This document shows, in pieces, positions 6,938-14,540 of a DNA stretch of 24,000 nucleotides (position 1 is the first letter of the stretch; every line of letters starts with the position of its first letter). The translations under genes were made by a program, and so were the position numbers. The notes beneath the pieces were generated by a model. That model had not been told where the DNA came from. It was given only the letters and a program-made list of their open reading frames with translations, and did no database searches. Origin of the DNA: Bdellovibrionales bacterium (GTDB taxonomy: Bacteria > Bdellovibrionota > Bdellovibrionia > Bdellovibrionales > Bdellovibrionaceae); assembly GCA_005793345.1 (NCBI GenBank), contig SXSU01000092.1, positions 111,316 through 135,315 on the forward strand. Reading direction: 5' to 3'.

Positions 6938-8827
6938 ATGGGTCTATTCGATATGCGCCAAGTCTCATTATTAAAAAATGCAATATTAATATTAAATATC
7001 TATTTTCTTGTGTGTTGCAATCAAATTCAATCGGAAAAACACTCTGTGCTTATTATTGCCATCGAAAAATTAGGAGCAAACGATTTTTCTTGTCATAATT
7101 ATGAAGATCCCGAGAATACTAATTCTGGTTTTAAGAGAATTTGTGAAGAAGGAATTCGATTTACCCATACTTTTACTCCATCAGTACTTAGTGCACCAGC
7201 AATAGGTGGAATGCTTACAGGAATACATCCATTTATTAATGGATTGAGAGATAATGGTGGGACATCACTTTCAGGTGCTTTAAAAACAATACCTGAACTT
7301 TTAATCGAACAAAAAGTAACTACTTTATTTATTGGAACATCACCCACCATAAAAAGACATTCGCGTTTACATCAAGGTTTCGAGAAGTTTGATGATGATT
7401 TTAATTTGCAAGTAAATAAAGAGTTCCGTTCTTCTAAAAATGCTGTTCAGATTTTTAAGGATTGGTATATAGATGAAGTTAAATTTAATAATTTTTTTGC
7501 CGTCTTACAATTGTCAAATTTACTTTTTCCATATGCAGAAACTACAAATGAAATGGGAGAACTTCGCCCATTAGGTTTTGAAGCACAACTTGAAGATCTT
7601 GACTATTCGTTATACCAATTATTTAAATTCTTAGATGATAGAAAAGCATGGGAAAAAAATTATATTTTCCTTGTTGGGTTAAACGGTAAAAGTAATTTTG
7701 AAAAGTTAAAAGATATTCCAAATGCAAGTTTATCTTCTGATATATCAAATGTAGTTTTTTTTGTGAAACCTCCAAAGGGCAGAGAAGAAACGCCACATCA
7801 TTGGAAAATTGATGAGTCAATTTCTTTATTAGATATTGGTCCGACACTTGCTGATATATTTAATGTTAATGAAAGCTACGAAAAGTTTTCTCATGAGTTT
7901 TTGAATTCAAAAGGTAAAGAATTAGAATTTAAATTGTTAAAGGGAGAGAGTCTTTTTAATCTAATCAATAAAAATAAAAATACAATTTCAAGTGATCGAT
8001 TAATTTTGATAGAGTCAGCCTGGTCAAATTGGATTAATTTAAGTGGAATTCGTTATTTACTTCGAAAAAATAATTGGGTGTACAACATTGAAGAAAAACC
8101 TTACTACTTTAATGATTTAATTGATAGAAACCAAACTAATAAAATTTATGATGAAGACCATGTTGATAAAGATTTTTTAGTTCACGTAAAAGAAGTAAAG
8201 CAAAACTTAGGACTAACTGAGTGGCGCCCGTTCGATGACTCAACCATTGAGATGTTTAGTATTATATCTCAGTATGATAAGTTTAAAAAAATCTCATCTA
8301 TTGATGAGCTTAAGTATTTAGAAGCACTTATAAGTTTAGTATTAATTAAACCAGATGTTAATACTGTTAATTTATTTTTATTTAATGAGTTAATTAAACT
8401 TAGAAAATGGAATCGAATAGAACAAATCAATAAGGTGGTTAAGAGTAATTTGATTGCTGAGTTAATAAAATATTTAAATTTATCTATCTCGCAAAGGCAA
8501 CAGTATCAATTTGTAAATTCATGCCTAAGTCTTTTGTTAACTGGTGCTGAACCTAATGTCCCTATTATAAATCAACCTTGCAGTAGTAATTTAATAAAAA
8601 TATTTAGTAATTATGTGTATTCAAATTTAGATTCAACTCAAAAAGAGTTACTGGCTCAAAAGTTTAGTCGAATTAAAAATAATTTAATTTTAAAAAAAGC
8701 AATTTACGACTTAGATATACAAAATATCGGCGTCTTTGGAGTTATTAATTTTTTGCAAGACGATTTATTATATTATGAAATAATAAAAGCTTTACCTCAA
8801 TTTCAAAGAACATTGCTAACACTTTAA
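6938..8827 (+). CDS. sulfatase / alkaline-phosphatase-superfamily protein with degenerate active-site motifs and a long C-terminal extension
   Basis: The start is uncertain: the track gives GTG 6890, I prefer ATG 6938, and ATG 6953 is also possible. There is a signal-like segment LLKNAILILNIYFLVCC. The N-terminal region VLIIAIEKLGANDF...GIRFTHTFTPSVLSAPAIGGMLTGIHPFINGLRDNG aligns by eye to the sulfatase pattern (DD...G..F.n.y....C.PSR..llTG..p..hG). About 300 C-terminal residues have no recognisable motif. Confidence 0.6.
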   Translation: MGLFDMRQVSLLKNAILILNIYFLVCCNQIQSEKHSVLIIAIEKLGANDFSCHNYEDPENTNSGFKRICEEGIRFTHTFTPSVLSAPAIGGMLTGIHPFINGLRDNGGTSLSGALKTIPELLIEQKVTTLFIGTSPTIKRHSRLHQGFEKFDDDFNLQVNKEFRSSKNAVQIFKDWYIDEVKFNNFFAVLQLSNLLFPYAETTNEMGELRPLGFEAQLEDLDYSLYQLFKFLDDRKAWEKNYIFLVGLNGKSNFEKLKDIPNASLSSDISNVVFFVKPPKGREETPHHWKIDESISLLDIGPTLADIFNVNESYEKFSHEFLNSKGKELEFKLLKGESLFNLINKNKNTISSDRLILIESAWSNWINLSGIRYLLRKNNWVYNIEEKPYYFNDLIDRNQTNKIYDEDHVDKDFLVHVKEVKQNLGLTEWRPFDDSTIEMFSIISQYDKFKKISSIDELKYLEALISLVLIKPDVNTVNLFLFNELIKLRKWNRIEQINKVVKSNLIAELIKYLNLSISQRQQYQFVNSCLSLLLTGAEPNVPIINQPCSSNLIKIFSNYVYSNLDSTQKELLAQKFSRIKNNLILKKAIYDLDIQNIGVFGVINFLQDDLLYYEIIKALPQFQRTLLTL

Positions 8828-8832
8828 AATAA

Positions 8833-9510
8833 TTAAAGCGAACAATTGCCTATCCAAAATGGTATTTGCGAGTTTCTATTTGAAAGTTCTGTTGCTAATA
8901 AACTAAGATCAGTTTTTATTTTAAAATTATGATTAAGAAATGTTGTTGGAAATTGTGGGCCTGCGGTAACAAAAAGTTGATCATCAGGTTCAAAGCGAAC
9001 ACTAGTTAATTGAGGATAACAAATATTATCTGTTCCCATAAGGTTTAATGGAATAGGTGGTTGCGAGGCAAGATCATTTGTTACGACTCCAGAACTACTA
9101 GTTAAAATAATTGGGTCAAAGGCTTTATTAATCAGAACAGTGCTGAAACTTCCAATTTGGCCAATAACTAATTCGTGACCTGAAATTCCTATTGAAATTA
9201 ATTCTAGTCCAGAAACATAACTTTGCTTATTATGTGCTCGGTAAATTTTCTCATTACTAATTAGTAGTGAAGTTCTCATTATATTAGTTAAAGGTGATAA
9301 ACTTGGTATTTTATCAAATGGTGAAGTCGACTCAAAATCATTTTTAGAAGCAGAAAAGTAATTTGAAATAGTTTCGGATACTTCTTGAAAAGGGTTAATT
9401 TCACCCCAAGAAAAGCCTATTGTTATTAATTTTAAATCTTTATCAAATAATACATCTGCTTTTGGAATTGCAAAATTTCCCCGATAATTATGTTGAGTAA
9501 AATTTTTCAT
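8833..9510 (-). CDS. PP2C-like protein lacking the catalytic aspartates (putative pseudophosphatase, 225 aa)
   Basis: The ATGA start overlaps the upstream gene stop. By eye, ITIGFSWGEINPFQEVSETISNYF aligns with avaDGmGGh.aGe.AS. GLELISIGISGHELVIGQIGSFSTVLI...ILTSSSG aligns with GtT.......l..a.vGDSR.yl....lT.DH. DDQLFVTAGPQ aligns with gD.lllcSDGl. The metal-binding Asp positions are not conserved. Confidence 0.45.
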   Translation of the reverse strand: MKNFTQHNYRGNFAIPKADVLFDKDLKLITIGFSWGEINPFQEVSETISNYFSASKNDFESTSPFDKIPSLSPLTNIMRTSLLISNEKIYRAHNKQSYVSGLELISIGISGHELVIGQIGSFSTVLINKAFDPIILTSSSGVVTNDLASQPPIPLNLMGTDNICYPQLTSVRFEPDDQLFVTAGPQFPTTFLNHNFKIKTDLSLLATELSNRNSQIPFWIGNCSL

Positions 9511-11486
9511 ATAGCACCATATTTTTTTAATTTGATCTTTGATTTTTGAAAGTATTCGCCAGCGGGAACGTCAAGCTCTAATATTTTTTTCCAACGTTCT
9601 TTTGCAGTTTCAACATTTCCAATATTTTCTTCAACAATAGCTTCCTGATATAGACCTTGCATTTTCTTTTTTAATTCACCAGTAATCAATGCAATTTGCT
9701 CAGGAATTTTTTCATCTTCTGGATCTAAGGTTTGTGCTTTTTCTAATAATAAAATTGCATCTTTAAAGTTTTCTCCCTCTGCCATTGATTTACTTTTTTC
9801 AATGGCTTCTTTTATTTTATTTTCACTATCTTTCATTAAGTTATTTTTTTTCTTTTTAGCTTTTTCTTTTAATTTTTCAGGATCAGGTAGTGTAGAACCC
9901 ATAACCTCATCTAGAGCTGCAATTCCTTTCAACTGATTTTTTTCAGTTAGAGCAAGAGCAGCATCATATTGATCTTTGAGGGCTTTTACTTGAGCTTCGA
10001 ATTGTGCTTGTTCTTGTAAGCGTAATTTTCTTTCTTCTTCAATTTTATTAAGTTGCTCTTTTAAACTTATAAGAGCTGGATGTTCAGGATTTATTTGTAA
10101 TGCGGGGGCAAGACATTCATTCAATTGCTCAATAGACATATCTTTATTTATAAATTGAGAACAATGTTTTACGACATTCTGAATTCGGTCTTCTAGCTCT
10201 CTTTTTTCAGATTCAATTCTTTCATTTTCTTCTTTACGTTTTAAATCTTCAATTGCTATTTTAACATAATTTTCTAAATCTTTTGAATCTTCATATTTAG
10301 GAATTTTTTCGTGTAATTTAAGTAATTCGGCTTGGGCCATTTGATAATTGGCTTGCATATATAAATTTTTAGCAAGATTATAAGTATGCTTAACATAATT
10401 TTGTTCTTCTGGACTTAATTTTAAAAATGGATCAGCAGCGGCTGAGGCCTTTGCCGCATCGTCAACACCATTCGAAGAATCATTACTGTTATTCAAAAAA
10501 ATTACTATTAATAAAAGTGCACCTACAATTGCGATGCGGATTTTATTTTGTTTATTGAGTTCAATTTTTAAACCCCAAAAATTAAGAATAGGATAGGGAT
10601 TCGCAGGTGCAGAAAAAGACTCTACAGCTGGTTGGGAGTTTAATTGTTCTTCTGATGGAGGATTAAATTGCGGTTCCCAAGACGCTAATTCATTTAAAGG
10701 CTCTTGAGGAGCTATTGGTAAATGATTGATTGCTTCGAGAGCTTTTATTTCAAAATTAGTATCTATCAATGTAAAACTTAGTTTAATATTTAAAACACTA
10801 ATTATATCACCACTTAATAATACAACGGGCTCACTTGGAGAAATTTTATTTCCATTTAGAAAAGTGCCGTTTACAGAATTTAAGTCTTGAATAAAAAATT
10901 TATTACCAATATTTGTAATTTTAAATTGTTTGCGACTAATCCTTTGATTTTCTAAAACGATATCATTATCAGCCTCTCGACCAGCAACAAAAATCTCTTT
11001 ATTCATTTCAATTTTTTTTGTTTCGTTACCATTTTCATCTAAGAAAATTATGATTGGTTTTAGATTATAACTATGGGCTACTGTCATTGTTTTTTCACTG
11101 ATAGCAACTGCATGTTCGTGCGCACTTAAATTTTCAATAGTTTGAACTGCTTTGGCTTGAGAGTTTTGCTCAACTTGAGGTTCTAAACTTAAAACTGTAT
11201 CTTCAAAAATAAAATCATATGGATATACTGTAAATAATAGTCCATTTTCTAACTCAATTTCATTTTTTGATTCGTTATTTAGAAAAAGCTCACCTATTTT
11301 TGAGACTAGCAGAACTTTCCATTTGGAGTTTGAGTAATAAATTTTTATATGTTGACGAGAAATTCCCTTTTCAGCTTCTAAAATAATTGCACAATTATCA
11401 CCTCGACCAGCAAAGTATTCTTGGGAAATATCGAGATCTAAAGTTTTAATAATTTCCGTTTTTAATTTGACAAGTATTTTTGCCAT
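9507..11486 (-). CDS. dual-FHA membrane protein with a long coiled-coil/TPR C-terminal domain (659 aa)
   Basis: FHA1 is at about aa 1-96 (G27-R28, S43-R-Q-H46). FHA2 is at about aa 143-240 (G169-R170, S184-R-K-Q187, SVNGTFLNG). A P/Q-rich linker follows, then a TM at IRIAIVGALLLIVIFL (aa ~316-331). The C-terminal 330 aa are rich in E/K heptads and TPR-like helices. The ATG directly abuts the upstream TAA. Confidence 0.85.
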   Translation of the reverse strand: MAKILVKLKTEIIKTLDLDISQEYFAGRGDNCAIILEAEKGISRQHIKIYYSNSKWKVLLVSKIGELFLNNESKNEIELENGLLFTVYPYDFIFEDTVLSLEPQVEQNSQAKAVQTIENLSAHEHAVAISEKTMTVAHSYNLKPIIIFLDENGNETKKIEMNKEIFVAGREADNDIVLENQRISRKQFKITNIGNKFFIQDLNSVNGTFLNGNKISPSEPVVLLSGDIISVLNIKLSFTLIDTNFEIKALEAINHLPIAPQEPLNELASWEPQFNPPSEEQLNSQPAVESFSAPANPYPILNFWGLKIELNKQNKIRIAIVGALLLIVIFLNNSNDSSNGVDDAAKASAAADPFLKLSPEEQNYVKHTYNLAKNLYMQANYQMAQAELLKLHEKIPKYEDSKDLENYVKIAIEDLKRKEENERIESEKRELEDRIQNVVKHCSQFINKDMSIEQLNECLAPALQINPEHPALISLKEQLNKIEEERKLRLQEQAQFEAQVKALKDQYDAALALTEKNQLKGIAALDEVMGSTLPDPEKLKEKAKKKKNNLMKDSENKIKEAIEKSKSMAEGENFKDAILLLEKAQTLDPEDEKIPEQIALITGELKKKMQGLYQEAIVEENIGNVETAKERWKKILELDVPAGEYFQKSKIKLKKYGAI

Positions 11487-12578
11487 TTAGTACCTGCCCT
11501 TTGATAGAATATCACACTCATCAAGTATTTGTTTTGCTTCTTTATAAATCGAATCATTAGGATCTCTTCGCAAAATTAAGACTTGTTGTGCGGCTGATTT
11601 ACAAAGCCTAAAATTACTTTTTTCACGATACCTTCTTGCTTGATTCATATTAAATTGAGTTAGGCTATCATACTTTTGTAGTGATAAATTTAAATACTTT
11701 TTAGCTAAAATATGATTCGGATCAAAAGATAATGCAGCTTGAAAAGATGAAATAGATCGACTGTATTGCCCATTGCGATAATCTCTAAAACCTTTTACAT
11801 AATAAGTTTGAGCAGACTCAAATTGACGATTTAAGGATCCATCTTCATTTATTTTTTTATTTATTTTATATTGTTCTGCTAACTCTTTTGATTCCTTAAT
11901 TTCATTTTCGTACTCTTCAATTGTTCTTAGCGCTGAACCTTTTTTGGGTTTCTTTTTTTCTTCTGGCATCAAAAATAAAACTACAGCAATTATTAATACC
12001 ACTACGATAAGCATATTTTTATTTGAATTACTGTTTTTATTTGCATTATTACCTTGGGATCCTTTTTTTGCAGGTATGGGTTTATAGGGATCAGGTGTTT
12101 GTTGTATTGGTTGTTGTATTTGTTGGCGAGTAAAAACTTGCAACTGGGCATTTTGTTTTTGAGTTTGAATTTGATGTGTTGTAGGTGGTTGTGAAATATT
12201 TTGTGGTGGTAAGCTAGGAGGATTTGCTGTTGTGATTGTATCGATCCAATCAAACGACAATTCTGAGTCTCCAATCACAATTCTTCCATTTGCAACCATT
12301 TCTACTATTTCTTTAAAAATTCCTTGGTAAAAAATTGGATTTCTTTTGCTTTGGTTTTCTATTTTTAAAATTAAGTTTTCCTTATTAACCCGAATATGTG
12401 TTCGACTCATTTTTGAATCATTTGGTAAAATAATTTGATTTTCGGGTCCTCGGCCAACTGTAAAAGTATTTTTATCCAAAGTAAACGACTCACCCTTGTG
12501 AGGGCCACCAGTAATAGTAACGACAATCTTTCGATGTTGGTTACTTAAAAGTGATTGAGCCGTTGCATTTTTTGACAT
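11487..12578 (-). CDS. FHA membrane protein with a C-terminal TPR-like domain (363 aa)
   Basis: FHA at about aa 18-111 (G42-R43, S58-R-T-H61). A Q/P/N-rich linker follows, then a TM at MLIVVVLIIAVVLFLM (aa ~189-204). TPR-like helices are present (YYVKGFRDYRNGQYSRSISSFQAALSFDPNH...). An AAGGAAG Shine-Dalgarno sits in the 11-nt gap upstream. Confidence 0.85.
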   Translation of the reverse strand: MSKNATAQSLLSNQHRKIVVTITGGPHKGESFTLDKNTFTVGRGPENQIILPNDSKMSRTHIRVNKENLILKIENQSKRNPIFYQGIFKEIVEMVANGRIVIGDSELSFDWIDTITTANPPSLPPQNISQPPTTHQIQTQKQNAQLQVFTRQQIQQPIQQTPDPYKPIPAKKGSQGNNANKNSNSNKNMLIVVVLIIAVVLFLMPEEKKKPKKGSALRTIEEYENEIKESKELAEQYKINKKINEDGSLNRQFESAQTYYVKGFRDYRNGQYSRSISSFQAALSFDPNHILAKKYLNLSLQKYDSLTQFNMNQARRYREKSNFRLCKSAAQQVLILRRDPNDSIYKEAKQILDECDILSKGRY

Positions 12579-12589
12579 AACTTCCTTTT

Positions 12590-14203
12590 TTAGTTCATTG
12601 GAATAATACTTATAATAAAATAACTGGGACTTGATTTTTCATAACAACAGACACAGTTAAGTTGATTATTTAATCCTGCAAACTCAAGTTCACTTTGGTG
12701 AATTTGACTTGGATCCTTTGAGGCTCTATCTAATAAATCGTGAATATTCTTTTGAAGAGCCTGATCTGGTATTAAACTTATTGGTTGATTGCGGAGATTT
12801 GATTCACTTACACCCATTAGATTTTCAAAAGCATGATTTAATGAAATGATATTTAGTTCTTTACTAAACCCTATAGATGCATAACCGATTAAGTTAATCA
12901 TATTACTTGCTTCTATCTCTTTATTAATAACTAAATTATTATTGTTAATATCATTTTCTCCCAAAGACGCAACTCGACTTAATATAGTATTTATATTTGT
13001 AATTAAGTTTTGGAATATCGGAAATTCAATTTTAATTGGCTCTGTTGTTTCAGATTTATTTTTGAGTGCCAAATCTACTTGAGTATTTAAAAAACGAATG
13101 GGATATTCTATCAGCCGAGAAAATAAAAAATAAAGTATTGCACCAATTATTAGTGCTAAAACTAATATTTGTATAAATAAACTAATTGTTCTTCCATCTT
13201 CTACAGCAAGAGATTCGATGTCATAAATTACAATTGCGTAGGCCTTTATAACAAAACCACCAGAGTCAGGATTATAGGCTGATATTGGTATTGAAACACC
13301 AATTTGTTTAGTGGCAATATTTTGTACAAACTCTTTCTGCTCTTTTCGAGCTTTTTCAATAAAGGGTATATCTGGAACTGAACCAATTTTAGTTGCAGGC
13401 GCCATAACTGATCCGTCTGATGCTCTTATAATATAAGTGTTTGATACACCCTCTTCAAGCTCTGCGAGACTAGTTGTAAGTGCAGTTTCATTTTCATTAA
13501 TAAGTGCTTGTTGATTAATATTTGCTAAGCTTCTTGCAATAGTGATTGCTCTTCGCTGAGCTTCTATTTGAATACTTTCAGTACTAATAGCTATCATCGG
13601 TATAGTTGCCAAAATAGTTAGAACTACTGCATATCCAAATAAAAATAAAGCAATGACTAATTTGAACTCCATAACTTCAGTGAGTTTATAAACTCCAGGT
13701 AATAAAACTGTATCAATGTAGTTATTAAATTTTTGCGCTGGAGTTTCCTCAAGTCTTACCTGCTGTACGTTTTGAGCAGGCTGAACAGTTTGAGAGTTAA
13801 GTTGTGGATAAAACTGTTGAGCGTGTGATTGATTTTGTTTTTGAATTTGAAAATGTGGAGAAATCTGCTGATTACTTTGAGATTTTACAACAAGTCCCTT
13901 TTGGGAAGGTGTTGGAACTTCTATAATATCACATAAAATGTCTGTTAATGAAATTTTATTACCTTTAGATAATTGAACTTTTTGAATTTTTAATCCATTT
14001 ACAATTGTGCCGTTTCTAGATTTATTATCTGTAATAAATATTTTATCATTTTCATCTAGTTCTATATAAGCATGTTCTTTTGAAATATTAGGTCCATCAA
14101 CTTTAATTGTACAATGTGATGATCGACCTATAAGAGTTTTACCAACTTTAAGTGGGTAGACAAGTCCTGATTGAGGTCCTGATAAAATTCTAAGCCCCCA
14201 CAT
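12590..14203 (-). CDS. FHA - TM - Cache-like extracytoplasmic domain - TM - HAMP-like - PAS-like protein (537 aa), no output domain
   Basis: Canonical FHA (G26-R27, S41-K-E-H44, S62-R-N-G-T66, N69-G70). Q-rich linker. TM1 at about aa 181-206, a loop of about 130 aa, and TM2 at about aa 340-361. HAMP-like segment SRLIEYPIRFLNTQVDLAL.... C-terminal PAS-like fold (LIGYASIGFSKELNIISLNHAFENLMGVSESNLRNQPISLIP...). The start overlaps the DUF192 gene by 14 nt. Confidence 0.85.
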   Translation of the reverse strand: MWGLRILSGPQSGLVYPLKVGKTLIGRSSHCTIKVDGPNISKEHAYIELDENDKIFITDNKSRNGTIVNGLKIQKVQLSKGNKISLTDILCDIIEVPTPSQKGLVVKSQSNQQISPHFQIQKQNQSHAQQFYPQLNSQTVQPAQNVQQVRLEETPAQKFNNYIDTVLLPGVYKLTEVMEFKLVIALFLFGYAVVLTILATIPMIAISTESIQIEAQRRAITIARSLANINQQALINENETALTTSLAELEEGVSNTYIIRASDGSVMAPATKIGSVPDIPFIEKARKEQKEFVQNIATKQIGVSIPISAYNPDSGGFVIKAYAIVIYDIESLAVEDGRTISLFIQILVLALIIGAILYFLFSRLIEYPIRFLNTQVDLALKNKSETTEPIKIEFPIFQNLITNINTILSRVASLGENDINNNNLVINKEIEASNMINLIGYASIGFSKELNIISLNHAFENLMGVSESNLRNQPISLIPDQALQKNIHDLLDRASKDPSQIHQSELEFAGLNNQLNCVCCYEKSSPSYFIISIIPMN

Positions 14204-14540
14204 AAAATTTATCTCCCTCTTTTAAATCAAATTTTTTAATTGATCCTGCACGCATTTCAATAACTGAGTTTGCAGCAATGACTGGCCAAGTTGCTCGCCA
14301 TGGGACAATGTTTTCTTTTAATCCACGAATCACTAATTTATCATCTAAGAATATACAATCGATGGGATAATTCATAAAAAATGTATGTATGCTATTGCAC
14401 ATTTTTATCCAAAGCATATGGTCATCTTTAAGCTCGTGAGTTCCCAATAAACCTTTCATTCTTTGAAATGAATTAGATGCAATAGTTAAATGTTGAGAGA
14501 TAAGTTTATTATCTGATTGAACTAAATATAACTTTTGCAT
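14190..14540 (-). CDS. DUF192-family protein (116 aa)
   Basis: FQRMKGLLGTHELKDDHMLWIKMCNSIHTFFMNYPIDCIFLDDKLVI matches the DUF192/COG1430 pattern (R..GLm.r..l....gmlF......fwM.nt..pLDi.f.d). The start overlaps the upstream stop (TAATG). Confidence 0.7.
   Translation of the reverse strand: MQKLYLVQSDNKLISQHLTIASNSFQRMKGLLGTHELKDDHMLWIKMCNSIHTFFMNYPIDCIFLDDKLVIRGLKENIVPWRATWPVIAANSVIEMRAGSIKKFDLKEGDKFYVGA

Noticed and set aside
12002-12274. 90-aa ORF antisense to the Q/P-rich linker of the 363-aa FHA protein
   Set aside because: It arises from the reverse complement of a CAA/CAG-rich low-complexity linker. It has no start context or motif.
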